DNA of 64,000 bases from Mobula hypostoma (lineage: Eukaryota): positions 5,768,001 through 5,832,000 of the forward strand of contig NC_086101.1 in assembly GCF_963921235.1 (NCBI RefSeq), given 5' to 3'. Positions 49,127-62,400 of this stretch are shown in pieces. Position numbers and translations under genes: made by a program. A model generated the notes under the pieces. The model ran no database searches. It was not told the origin of the DNA and saw only the letters and a list, made by a program, of their open reading frames with translations. The stretch's first letter is position 1; every line of letters begins with the position of its first letter.

Positions 49127-52100
49127 AAAACATAAGTTTACCTTTGCAGCACACACAAAATGCTGGAGGAATTCAGCAGGCCAGGCAGCATCTAAGAAAA
49201 GAGTACAGTCAACGTTTCGGGCCGAGACCCTTCATCAAGACTAGAGAGAAACAGATGAGGAGTCAGGGTTAAAAGTTGGGCGAGGGGAGGGAGAAACACA
49301 GGGTGATAGGTAACACTGGGAAGTGGGGAGGGGTGAAGTAAAGAGCTGGGAAGTTGATCCGTGAAAGAGATACAGGGCTGGAGATGGGGAAATCCAATAG
49401 GAGAGAACAGAAGGCCATGGAAAAAAGGAATTGGGGAGGAGCTTCAGAGGGAGGCGATGGGCAGGCAAGGAGATAAAGTAAGAGAGGGAAAAGGGAATGG
49501 GGAATGGTGAAGAAGGGGGTGAGAAATCGATGTTCATGCCATCAGGTTGGAGGATACCCAAGGAGAATATAAGGTGTTGCTCCTCCAACCTGAGTGTGGC
49601 CTCATCCTGACAGAAGAGAAGGCCATAGATTGACATGTCGGAATGGGAACGGGAAGTGCAATTAAAGTGGGTGGCCACTGGGAGATCATGCTTTTTCTGG
49701 AAAATGGAGCATAGGTGCTCAGCGAAGCGGTCTCCCAATCTACACCAATGTACAAAAGGCCACACCAGGAGTCACAGGTAAAGTGTCGCCTCACCTGGAA
49801 GGGCTGCTTGGGGCCCTGAATGGTAGTGAGGGAGGAGGTATACCACGTGTTCCATTTGTCAGGAGGGAGATCAGTGGGGAGGGGTGAATAGGTAAGGGAG
49901 TCATGTAGGGGGAGAACCCTGTGGAAAGCAGTAAGTGAGGAGGAGGGAAAGATGTGCTTGGCATTGGGATCCTGTTGGAGATGGTGGAAGTTATGGAGAA
50001 TCATGTGCCTGACGCAGGAGCTGGTGGGGTGGTAGGTGATGACAAGAGGAACTTTGTCTCTGGTGGGGTGGCAGGAGGATGGGGTGAGAACAGATATGTG
50101 TAAAATGGAAGTGATGCAGTTGAGGGCAGCTTTGATGGTGGAGGAAGGGATGCCCCTTTCATTGGAGGAGGACATCTTAATTCGGGAATGAAAAGCCTCA
50201 TCGTGAGAGTAGATGCAGGTGGAGACAAAGGAACTGAGAGAATATATGGCGTTTTCACAAGTAAAAGGGTGGGAAGAGGAACTGTCCAGGTAGCTGTGAG
50301 AGTCCGTGGGTTTATAACAGGCATCAATAAATAAGCTGCCTCCAGAGACAGAGACAGTGAGGTCGAGAAAGGGGAGGGAGGTGTTGGAAATGGACCGGGT
50401 AAAGTTGAGGGCAGGGTGGACTTTGGCGGCAAAGTTGATGAAGTCGAAGAGCTGCAGGAAGCAACACCAATGCAGTCATCAATGTAGCGTAGGAAAAGTG
50501 GGGGACAGACACCAGTAACATAAACTGTTCCATGTAGCTGATGAAAAGGCAGACATAGCTGGGACCCTTGCATATGCCCTTGGCTACCCCTTTTGTTTGA
50601 AGGAAGTGGGAGGATTGAAAGGAGACATTACTGAGAGTGAGGACAAGTTCTGCCAGATAGAGGAGGGTGGAGACTGAGTGGTTTTAGCATTCAGAAAGAA
50701 ATGGAGAGCTTTGAGGCCTTCCTGGTGGTGTATGTAGGTGTATAGGTACAGGACAACCAGAGTGAAGATCGGATGATTGGGGCCATGGAACCTGAAATCA
50801 TTGAAAAGATCCAGACCATGAGAAGTGCCACTTGTAGGGAGGAAGGGACTGGACCAGGAGGGATAAAACAGAGTTGAGGTGTGCCGATATGAGTTCAGTG
50901 GGGCAGGAACAAGCTGAAACAATGGGTCTAACTGTACAGGTAGGCTTGTGGATCTTGGGTAAGAGGTAGAGAGGGGAGGTGCGGGAACTATGAGGTTGCA
51001 GGCAGTGGCTGGGAGAACGCCAAAGCTTATAAAGTTGGTGATGGTGTGGGAGACAGTGGCCTGGTGCTCCTTAGCGGGGTCCTGTTCAAGGGGTAAGTAA
51101 GTAGGAGGTGTCTGAGAATTGTCGCTGGGTCTGAACGGTGGAGGTCAGTACGCCAGACTACTACAGCACCCCACTTATCTGCGGGTCTGAGGGTGAGGTG
51201 AGGATTAGTGCTGAGGGAGTGGAGAGCAGAGTGTTCGGAAGGAGTGAGGTTGCAATTGGACAGAGGAGTGGTGAAGTGGTGATGGTTGATGTCCCGTCGG
51301 CTGTTGGCAATGTAAAGATCCAGAGAAGGCAGAAGACCCGAGCGGGGTGACCGGGGAGAGGAGGAGGGTTGAAGACCGGAGAAGGGGTCATCGGTGCTTG
51401 TCCTCCCTCGCCCTTCAGTCTGTCGGATTGCACAGGAGAGAGGTGAGAGAACCAGCGACCCATCAGCAGCCGCTGCGACGCAGCTCCGGTCTCCCAGCGG
51501 CAGGAGACGGGTTTCGGAGGCAGCTGCAGACAACAGGCCCCGATCCCCGGCGGGGAAAGGCCCGGCACCCTCCGTATAGCTGGAACAGCTCACGGAATCT
51601 CCTCACCTTCACCACGGAAAAGATTCGCAGCCCCGGTCGGTGTCGCAGCGGTTCCCAAGGTGCAGCTGCCGATTTGCGGCCTGTCCCCGGATCGGAGCCA
51701 CTTGCTCCCGGTGGCAATGGACGGCCCACTGGCGGGGCTCACTCCTCGGCCGATGAGAGCCGGTCCTGCCGATTGACTGACCGTCTCCGTGAGCTGCAGA
51801 TTTCAGTCCGATGGAAGCGCCGAGTTTGTTCACAGAGTCACAGGAAGCTCCTGTCAGTAACTCTGTTTATCGCCTGTGCATGTGAACTTTGCGTTAATGA
51901 ACTTGGGCACAGTTCCTCCAGACCCACACCTTTGACCACAAGTCACCAGGAAGGACTCGATGTGCACGGTGCAACACACACAAAATGCTGGAGGAACTCA
52001 GCAAGCCAGGCAGCATCTATGGATGATAGGATGCAGAACTACGCTGAGAAGTAGCAGATGGAGTTCGATTCGGATAAGAGTGAAATGGTTCATTTCTGTA

Positions 52101-54943
52101 CGTCAAATCTGAAGACAGAATATAATATTAATGGAAAGACTCTTGGCAGTGTGGAGGATCAGCGAGATCTTGGGGTCTGTGTTGATAGGACACACAAAGC
52201 AAATGCACAGGTTGACAGTGTGGTTAAGAAAGTTCATCGACTGTGGGATTGAGTTCAAGAGCTGTGAAGTAATGTTACAGCTGTATCAGACCGTGGTCAG
52301 ACCCCACTGAGAACACTGTGGTCAGTTCTGGTCATCTCATTACAGGAAGGATGTAGATACTATAGAGAGAGTGCAGAGGAGATTTACAATGATGTTGCTT
52401 GGATTGGAGAGTGTGCTTTATGAGAATAGGTTGAGTGAATTTGGCCTTTTCTCCTTGGAGTGACGGAGGATGAAAGGTTACCTGATAGAAATGCATAAGA
52501 TGATGAGGGGCATTGATCGTGTGGGTAGTCAGAGGCTTTTTCCCAGGGCTGAAATGGCTAACACGGGGTGGGGGGGGGGGAAGCATAGTTTTAAGGTGCT
52601 TGGAAGTAGGTACAAGGGGATGTCAGGGATAAGTTTTTCACACAGAGAGTGGTGGGTGTGTGGAATGCATTGCCAGTGAAGGTGGTTGAGCCAGGTACAA
52701 TAAGGTCTTTTAAAATCTCTTACATTGGTACATTAGAAAAATAGAGTGCTATGCGGCAGGGAAATTCTAGGCAGCTTCTAGAGTATGTTACATGGCTATT
52801 AGTACATTGTGGGCCGAAGGGCCTGTAATGTGCTGTAGATTTTCTGTGTTGTACTTCTATACTGGTTGAACTCAGCAGGTCAGACTGCATATATGGAAAT
52901 GACATTTCGGGCTGAGATCATTCTTCAGAACTGGAAAGGATGGGGGAAGTCTCTAGAATATAATAGGTGAGGGGCGGGGGGGGCGGAAAGGAAGATAGCT
53001 GGAAAGTGATAGGTGAAGCCAGGTAGGTTGGAAAGATAAAGGGTTGTAGAAGGAGGAATCTGATATGAGAGCAGAATGGTCCACAGGAGAAAGGGAAGGA
53101 GGGGACGCAGGGGGAGTTGATAGTCAGGTCAGTGAAGTTAAGAGCCTAGTGTGGGGGATAGAAGAAGAGGGGAGAGGGAGGGAATTTTTTTTCTGGTAGG
53201 AGAAATCAATATTCATGCCATCTGTCTGGAGGCTGCCCAGATATACTATACAGTGCTTTTCCTTTGCCCTGACGGTGGCTTCATCGTGGCACAAGAGAAG
53301 GCCATGGACTGACAGATTGGATTGAGAATGAGAATTTGAATTAAAATGTTTGGCCATCAGGAAGTTCCATCTTTGGCAGATGGAGCAGAGGTGTTTGACA
53401 AAGCAGTCCCCAATTTACAACAGGACACACCAATGTAGAGGAGGCTGCATTGGGAGCAGCAGACCAAATAAATGACCCCAGCAGATGAAGTGTTGCCTCA
53501 CCTGGAAGGACTTTGTGGGTCCTTGAATGGAGGTGAGGGAGGAGGTGAATGGGTACTTTGGCTGCTTGCAGGGGTAAGTGTCAGGAGTGAGATTAGTGGG
53601 AGGGTGAATGGACAAGGGAGTCATGGAGGGAGTGATCCCTGCAGAAAGTAGAGAAAGGAGGAGGTAAAGATATGTTTGGTGGTCAGATCTCTTTGGAAAT
53701 GGAGGAGGTTTTGGAGGATGATGTGTTGGATGCAGACACTTATGTGCTGGTAGGTTAGGACAAGAGGAACTCAATCACTGTTAAGGCAGAGTGAAGATGG
53801 GGTGAGCACAGACGTTCAGGAAATGGAGGAGATGCAGGTAAGGACAACATCAATAATGGAGAAAAGGAAACCCTGTTCTTTGCAGAGGAGGACATACCTG
53901 ATGTTCTGGAAGGGGAAACTGCATTCTGGGAACAGATACAGTGGAAATGTAGGAATTTAGAAAAGTTAATAGCATTTTTACAGGAGACAGGGTGGGAAGA
54001 GGCATAGTCAAGATACCTGTGGGAATCAGTAGGTTTATAAAATATGTTGGTTGATAGTTTGTTTCCAGAGATGACGGCAGAGAGAAGGGCAAAGGGGAGG
54101 GAGGTCTTTGAAATGGACCAAGTGAATTCAAGTGCAGGGTGGAAGTTAAGGTTGATGAAATTGATAAACTCAGCGTGGGTGCATGAAACAGCACCAATGC
54201 AGTCATTAATGTTTCTGAGGAAGATTTGGGGAGCATTACTGGGGAAGACCTGGAACATGGACTGTTCTACGTAGCCAGCAAAGAGACAGGCGTTACTGGG
54301 GCTCATGCAGATGCCTGTGGATAGCTCTGTAGTCTGGAGAAAGTAGGAAGAGCAGAAGGAAAGTTAGTGAGGGTGAGCACCAGTCCTTCTAGATGCAGGG
54401 GAACTGGTTTGTTCTTTTATTGAGAAAGAAACAGAGAGCTCTAAGGCCTTGTTGATGGGGAATGGAAGTTATAACTGGACATCCATGGTGAAAATGAGGC
54501 GGTCAGTGCCAGGGAATTGAAAACTGCTGAGGGGATTGAGGGCGTGAGAAGTGTCGCGGATGTAAAGGGGGAAGGGCCTGACTCGAATGGGACAGAGTGG
54601 AGTCGATGTGTGAGGACACAAGTTCAGTGGGGCAAGAGCACCCAGGAGCAGGGTCGGACAATCGGCCAACAGTCTATCTCGGTTTTCAGGAATTGTCCCT
54701 TCCGGTTCTGCCTTACACTGAACCAGGCTCCGCGTTCCGAGTTCATTTATATTCAGACTTCTTTAATGTGTTTCTGATCCCACCCTGACGTGGAAATTGC
54801 GACGATTCCTTCCCAGAGAACACTTGCAGCAACTATGTTCATTCCCGAGACTGCAGCGCGCCTACTGGACAATCGCGGTACTGCAGGGGTTCAGCAGCTC
54901 CCGAATGCAGAAGGATCCTGAACCAGGAATTGCGGGAGTTAAC

Positions 54944-55351
54944 ATGGCTTCGAAAGGACAGGTCGAGAGTTTAACCGAGGAGGCATTTTGTCCCATCTGC
55001 CTGGATTTCTTCACCGATCCGGTGTCACGGGAGTGTGGTCACTACTTCTGCCGCTCCTGTATCACCGGGTGTTGGGAAAGGGTGAAGAGAAACTCCTGCC
55101 CGCATTGTAGAGAGGAGTTTGCGGACCGCACCCTCAGGGTCAATCAGGCCTTAGCAAATCTGTCTGAGAAAGCTCGAAAACTAAACCTGAACCCGAAAGA
55201 GGAAAGTAAACTTCACTGCAATAAACATGAGGAAGAACTGAAGCTGTTTTGTGAGACGGACAAGAAACTGATCTGTCTGATCTGTAGAGATGCATTGGAA
55301 CACAAGTCTCACAACTTCTTGCCGATTAAAGAAGCCGTTAAAATTTACAAG
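54944..55351 (+). pseudogene. TRIM paralog B, coding exon 1 (RING plus B-box, open, all Zn ligands present)
   Basis: MASKGQ...CPIC...CGHYFCRSC...CPHC...CNKH...CETD...CLIC...HKSH. Donor AAG|gtaaaa. Confidence 0.9.
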
Positions 55352-55438
55352 GTAAAAATAACCCCCTTTCGATTGTCTTTTTGTCTAATCCAAAAGTGTC
55401 ATCTTTTTTGTCTAATCCATTCACTATCTGATTCCCAG

Positions 55439-55534
55439 GATCGGGTTAAATCTTCCTTAGACTCTCTCACAAAAAAGAGATCGGACTTTCAGGAAATGGA
55501 GCAGCAACAGAAATAGAAGATTTCTGGAGTTCGG
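55439..55534 (+). pseudogene. TRIM paralog B exon 2 with premature TAG (55,514-55,516)
   Basis: GAG in paralog A is TAG here. Splice sites are intact. Confidence 0.9.
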
Positions 55535-55845
55535 GTGAGGCTACCTGAGCAGAATTTCCAATATCGTTGTGTAGTTTTGTTCCCTTTAATGCAGAATAGC
55601 AGAATATCGCAGCTCCAGTGCCCGGGGTTCGATCCTGACCTCTGGTGCTGTCTGCATGGAGTTTGCATGTTCTTTCCGTAACCAGTACCTTCTTTTAGCC
55701 GACATTCCATGGTTGAACTGTAAATTGGCTACTGTAATTAACCCCGTGAAGGGGGTTTGTATGTGAATGAGGTGGGAGTTAATGGGTCAGTGAGGAAGAC
55801 TGGGTTTCAGGGAAATGTGATCGAAGATCTGAGATTCACTTTCTT

Positions 55846-56728
55846 CCTCACAACACGCTTGAGGAACTCAGCATGTCGGGCAGCATCCGTGGAAACGATC
55901 AGTCAACGTTTCGGGCCGGAACCGTTCATCAGGACTGAAGAGGGAAGGGGCAGAGGCCCTATAAAGAAGGTGGGGGGAGGGTGACAAGGAGAAGGCTGGT
56001 AGGTTCCAGGCGAAAAACCAGTAAGGGGAAAGATAAAGGGGTGGGGGAGGGGATGCAGGGAGGTGATAGGCAGGAAAGGTGAAGAAGGAATAGGGGAAAA
56101 CACAATGGGTAGTAGAAGGAGGTGGAACCGTGAGGGAGGTGATAGGCAGCTGGGGGAGGGGGCAGAGTGAAATAGGGATAGGGGAAGGGAGGGGGAGGGA
56201 ATTACCGGAAGTTGGAGAATTCAATGTTCATACCAAGGGGCTGGAGACTACCTAGACGGTGTATGAGGTGTTGCTCCTCCACCCTGAGTTTAGCCTCATC
56301 ATGGCAGTAGAGGAGGCCGTGTATGGACATATCTGAATGGGAAGCAGAGTTGAAGTGGGTGACTACCGGGAGATCCTGTGTGTTTTGGCGGACGGAGCGG
56401 AGGTGCTCGACGAAGCGGTCCCCCAATCTGCGTCGGGTTTCACCGATGTAGAAGAGGCCGCACCGGGAGCACCGGATGCAATAGATGACCCCAACAGACT
56501 CACAAGTGAAGTGTTGCCTCACCTGGAAGGACTGTTTGGGGCCCTGAATGGTGGCAAGAGAGGAGGTGTAGGGACAGGTGTAGCACTTATGCTTACAGGG
56601 ATAAGTGCCGGGTGGGTGATCCGTGGGGAGGATGTGTGGATCAGGGAGTCGTGGGGGGACCGAACCCTGCGGAAAGTGGAGAGGGAAAGATGAGCTTAGT
56701 GGTGGGGTCCGGTTGAAGCTGGTGGAAG
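55846..56728 (-). mobile_element. Young Penelope 3' fragment (intact GIY-YIG frame), right arm only
   Basis: VIYCIRCSRCGLFYIGETRRRLGDRFVEH. ttctt is duplicated at 55,841-55,845 and 56,729-56,733. Confidence 0.9.
55899..55938 (-). ncRNA. Minimal type I hammerhead ribozyme motif (best-preserved copy)
   Basis: tcagtc-CTGATGA-acggttccggccc-GAAA-CG-TT-gactga: a 6-bp stem I, intact CUGAUGA and GAAA cores, palindromic ACGU stem III and a UH site. Confidence 0.65.
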
Positions 56729-56774
56729 TTCTTACTGCCTGTTTTGCTGCTGGCGTTTAGGACAGCAATGAAGG

Positions 56775-57634
56775 GTGAATTGGACAGGTTGGGTGAGTGG
56801 GCAGATGCATGGCAGATGCAGTTTAATGTGGATAAATGTGAGGTTATCCACTTTGGTGGCAAGAACAGGAAGGCAGATTACTATCTGAATGGTGTCAAAT
56901 TAAGAAAAGGGGAAGTACAATGAGATCTAGGTGTCCTTGTTCATCAGTCACTGAAAGTAAGCATGCAGGTACAGCAGGCAGTGAAGAAAGCTAATGGCAT
57001 GTTGGCCTTCATAACAAGGGGAGTTGAGTCTAGGAGCAAAGAGGTCCTTCTGCAGTTGTACAGGGCCCTTGTGAGACCACACCTAGAGTGTTGTGTGTAG
57101 TTTTGGTCTCCAAATTTGAGGAAATACATTCTAGCTATTGAGGGAGTGCAGCGTAGATTCACGAGGTTAATTCCCGGGATGGCGGGACTGTCATATGTTG
57201 AAAGATTGGAGAGACTGGAGTTGTATACACTGGAATTTAGAAGGATGAGAGGGGATCTGATTGAAACATATAAGATTATTAAGGGATTGCACACGCTAGA
57301 GGCAGGAAACATGTTCCCGATGTTGGGGGAGTCCAGAGCCAGAGGCTACAGTTTGAGAATACGGGGTAGACAATTTAGAATGGAGTTGAGGAAACACTTT
57401 TTCACACAAAGGTTTATGGTTCTGTGGAATGCTCTGCCTCAGAAGGCAGTGGAGGCCAATTCTCTGGATTCTTTCAAGAAAGAGTTAGATAGAGCTCTTA
57501 AAGATAGCGGAGTGAAGGGATATGGGGAGAAGGCAGGAAAAGGGTACTGATTGTGGATGATCAGCCATGATCACAGTGAATGGTGGTGCTGGCTTGAAGG
57601 GCTGAATGGCCTACTCCTGCATCTATTGTCTATT
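56775..57634 (+). mobile_element. 5'-truncated CR1, right arm only
   Basis: EGVQRRFTRLIPGM...FFTQRFMVLWNALP with a (ctattgt)n tail. The flanks rejoin as in the left arm. Confidence 0.9.
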
Positions 57635-57765
57635 GTCCGCGATCTCTGGCAGTTTTCATGTCTTCTTTGAACATGTCAGTAGCTACTTCTCGGTTTTCAC
57701 TACTGTCAGTCATGCAGGTCCTGAGTGAAGACTGAGGATTAGTATGGCACTCAAATGTAGACAGA

Positions 57766-60700
57766 GTAGAGAGCGGCCAGTGGAGTGAGTGGGGCCAGTG
57801 AAGAAGTGGAGCTTTGAGGCTTTGGCTCGAGAGGTTTTGGACATTTTGGCAGTTGGATTCTGCAATCAAGTCAATCAAAATTTGAACAGCTCAGACTCAG
57901 CAGAAAGCAGCTGATTGGGCAATTGCGGTCAGGTGACCAAGTAGTTTGATTGGGCAATCGAAAATTGAAAAGCTCAAAAAACAAATAAAAAGAGGGGTAG
58001 CTCAAACAGAGTGAGTGGGGCCAGTGAAGGAGTGGAGCTTTGAGGCTTTGGCTCGAGAAGCTTCGGCGAGTAGAGGACGAGCTTGCTCCTAGTGAGGTAA
58101 GGCCGGGTAAGTTTCTTTAATTATTTTAATTAACGTAGGAGTTGGTAATGGAGGCAGTAGATAGGGCAGTCCAGTGCTCTGATTGCAGGATGTGGGAAGT
58201 CAGGGACAGCACAATTGTGCCTGATGATTGCACCTGCAAATGATGCATCCAGCTGCAGCTCCTGACAAACCGAGTTAGGGAACTGGAACTGGAGCTGGAG
58301 CTGGATGAACTTCGGATCATTCGGGAGGCAGAGGCAGTAATAGATCGGAGTTTCAGGGAGACGGTCACCCCTAAAGATCAGGAGACAACTAACTGTGTGA
58401 CTGTCAGGAGAGGGAAGGGGAATAGACAGAAAGAGCAGAGCACCCCTGTGGCCGTTCCCATTAACAATAAGTATATTGTTTTGGATACCATTGGTGGGGA
58501 TGACCTACCAGGGACAAGTTGTTGTGCTCGCATCACTGACACCGAGACTGGACCCTCAGCTCAGAAAGGAAGGAGTGGAAAGAGGGGAGCAGTAGTGACT
58601 GGGGATTCGATAGTTAGGAGGACAGAAACGAGGTTCTGTGGGAAAGATCAAGGATGGTCTGTTGCCTCCCTGGTGCCAGGGTCCACGATATCTCAGATCA
58701 AGTTCTCGGTATTCTCGGGAGAGAGGGTGAGCAGCCAGATGTCATGGTCCACGTGGGGACCAATGACATAGATAGGAGTAGGGATGAGGTCCTGAAGGAG
58801 GAATATAGGGAGTTAGGAAAGAAGTTGAAAAGCAGGACCCCAAGGGTGGTAATCTCAGGATTGCTGCCCGTGCCACGAGACAGAGAGGGTAGGAACAGGA
58901 AGTTATGGCAGATGAATGTGTGGCTGAAGAGTTGGTGCAGGGGGCAGGGGTTCAGATTTCTGGATCATTGGGATCTCTTCTGGGGAAGGTCTGACCTGTA
59001 CAAAAAGGATGGGCTGCACCTGAACTGGAAAGGGACCAATATCCTGGTGGGGTGGTTTGCTAGAGCTGTTGGGGAGGGTTTAAACTAGTTTGACAGTGGG
59101 GTGGGAATCAGAATGTGAGTGCAGAGATTAGGGTAGAAGGACAAGGGCATGATGCTATGTGTTCTGAGTTGGTGAGGAAGGACAGGCAGGGGACAAAACA
59201 TAAATGTAGCCAGTTAGAGGGGTTGAAATGTGTCTATTTCAACACTAGGAATATTAGGAATAAAGGGGATGAACTTAGAATATGGATCAGTATTTGGAAC
59301 TACGACGTTGTGGCTGTTACTGAAACTTGGCTGGAGGAAGGGCAGGATTGGCTGATGCAAGTACTGGGGTTTAGGTGTTTAAAAGGAATAGGAAGGGAGG
59401 TAGAAAAGGGAGGGAGTAGCATTACTGGTCAGGGATAGTATCACGGCTATAGAAAGGGAGGACGCTGCAGAGGGAGTGTCCACTGAGTCGGTGTGGGTGG
59501 AAGTCAGAAATAGGAAGGGATCAATCACTGTGCTGGGAGTAGTCTATAGGCCCCCAAGTAGCCCTCGGGACACCGAGGAGCAGATAAGCAGGCAGATTTT
59601 AGAATGGTGCAGGAAATACAGGGTTGTAGTTATGGGTGATTTCAACTTCCCTCATATTGACTAGCACCTCCTGGCTGCAAGGGGGATAGATGGGGCCGAA
59701 TTTGTCAGGTGTGTTCAAGAAGGGTTCCTGACACAGTATGTGGACTGGCCGACGAGAGGAGAGGCCATACTGGATCTAGTTCTGGGTAATGAGCCTGGTC
59801 AGGTGGCAGACCTCTTGGTGGGGGAGCATTTTGGTGACAGCGACCACAACTCCCTTAGCTTCAGCATAGCTATGGAAAAGGATAAAAACAGACAAAATAG
59901 GAAACTGCTTAACTGGGGAAGGGCTAACTATGAAGGGATGAGGCTGGAGCTAGCGAGAGTAAATTGGAAACAGATGTTCAAGGGTGAAAGCACAGAAGTA
60001 ATGTGGAGGAAGTTTAGGGACTACTTGTGCTGGGTTCAAGATAGGTTTGTCCCACTGAGACAAGGAAAAAATGGTAGGAAAAGTGAACCGTGGCTGACGA
60101 AACACGTGAGGCAACTCGTCAAGAGGAAGAAGGAAGCATATGTTAGATATAAAAACAGGAAGCAAGAGGGGCTCATGAGAAATATAGGGTAGCCAGGAAG
60201 GAGCTTAAGAAAGGACTTCAGAGAGTTCGAAGAGGGCATGAGAAGGCCTTGGCATGCAGGATTAAGGAGAACCCCAAGGCGGTCTATGCGTATGTGAAGA
60301 ACAGAAGGATGACAAGAATGAAGGTGGGGCCTATAAAGGATAAAGAGGAGAACATGTGTCTGGAGGCAGGGGAGGTTGGGGAGGTCCTATATGAATACTT
60401 TGCTTCAGTATTCACAAGTGAAAAGGATATTGATCAGGGTGAGGTCGATATAGAACAGGCCTGTGTGCTGGATAATGTGGAGATTAAGGAAGAAGAAGTG
60501 TTGGATCTTCTTAAAAACATCAATATTGATAAATCCCCAGGGCCGGATGTGGTATACCCCAGGTTGTTGAGAGAAGAGATCGCGGGAGCAGTAGCTATGA
60601 TCTTTGAATCCTCTTTGGCTGCAGGGGAGGTGCCGAAGGATTGGAGAATGGCGAATGTAGTTCCCTTGTTTAAAATAGGGAGAAACCTGGGAACTATAGA

Positions 60701-62076
60701 CCAGTGAGTCTTATGTCAGTGGACTGCAAGCTATTGGAAAGGATTCTTAAGGATAGGATCTACGAGCATTTGAAGAGGTACAGTCTACTCAAGGATGGTC
60801 AACATGGCTTTGTGAAGGGAAGATCGTGCCTCACGAGTCTAATTGAGTTTTTTGAAGAGGTAACAAAAGAAATTGATGAGGGTAGGGCAGTAGACGTGGT
60901 CTACATGGATTTTAGCAAGGCATTTGACAGGGTGCCTCAGGAGAGACTCATCCAGAAAGTCATGAGGCATGGGATCAGTGGAACCTTGGCTGTTTGGATA
61001 AAAAATTGGCTTAAAGGAAGAAAGCAGAGGGTAATTGTGGAAGGAAAGTATTCTGCCTGGAGGTTGGTGACTAGTGGAGTGCTGCAGGGATCTGTCCTGG
61101 GACCCCTGCTATTTGTGATTTTCATAAATGACCTGGATGAAGAGGCGGAAGGATCGGTAAGTTTGCGGATGACGCAAAGATTGGAGGAGTTGTGGATGGA
61201 GCTGTAGGTTGTCGAAGGCTACAAGAGGATATAGACAGAATGCAGAGTTGGGCAGAAAAATGGCAGATGGAGTTCAATCCGGGTAAGTGTGAGGTGATGC
61301 ATTTTGGAAGGACAAACCAGAAGGCTGAGTACAGGGTTAATGGTCGGTTAGTAAAGAGTGTGGATGAACAGAGGGACCTTGGGGTTCAAATCCATACATC
61401 CCTCAAGGTCACTGCACAGGTTGATAGGTAGTTAAGAAGGCCTATGGGATGCTAGGCTTCATTAATAGGGGGATTGAATGAAAGAGTAAAGAGATCATGT
61501 TGCAACTCTACAAATCTCTGGTGAGACCACATTTAGAGTATTGTGTTCAGTTCTGGTCACCTCATTATAGGAAGGATGTGGAAGCTATGGAGAGGGTGCA
61601 GAGGAGATTTACCAGGATGTTGCCTGGATTGGAAACCAAGTCTTATGAGGCAAGATTAGCAGAGCTGGGACTTTTCTCTTTGGAGCGTAGAAGTATGAGA
61701 GGGGACTAGATAGAGGTCTACAAGATTATGAGAGGCATAGATAGGGTGGATAGCTAATACCTATTTCCCAGGGCACGAATAGCAAACACCAGAGGACATA
61801 TATACACAGTTAAGGGAGAGAAGTTTAGGGGAGACATTAGGGATAAGCTTTTTACACAGAGGGTTGTGGGTGCCTGGAATGACTTGCCAGGGACGGTGGT
61901 GGAGGCTAAAACATTAGGAGTATTTAAGAGCCTCTTGGAAAGGCACATGGATGAAAGAAAAATAGAGGTTTACGGGGTAGTATGGGTTTAGTATTTTTTT
62001 TAAGGATTATATGGGGCGGCACAACATCGAGGGCTGAAGGGCCTGTACTGTGCTGTAGTGTTCTATGGTTCTATGG
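57766..62076 (+). mobile_element. Full-length but decayed CR1 (5'UTR, ORF1 from ~58,148, ORF2, 3'UTR), right arm only
   Basis: CSDC...[38 protein letters not shown] and a (ttctatgg)n tail. Several stops and frameshifts. Confidence 0.95.
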
Positions 62077-62400
62077 TTCATTGTTTCTGTAACAATTTTG
62101 TTTCACCAGTCAGTATTGTTAGCCCTGAGGTGAACCCATGAACCTGGAGGACCAATAGACCACTCTTACTCTGGCCTTTACCCTTTGACCTGTTTGTCAT
62201 GGATGATCTGACCAAGAGTCAAAGCATAAAGCCCACATTCCAGCCAACAGAGTTCTTTGGGTGATTGAAGCACACAAGCCTCCAAACCCAATGGCAAGGT
62301 TGTGGTCCTCTTGGGTGATAATGGGCTGGATAGACCGTCTATATCATAAGGAAATATATCAGGGCCAGATAATAAACTAGCCTCTCCTTTCATTTGACAG

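Noticed and set aside
54797..55516. 239-aa single-exon TRIM ORF with an N-terminal extension
   Set aside because: It starts at TTG upstream of the conserved ATG (54,944), reads through the 87-nt intron and ends at the premature TAG.
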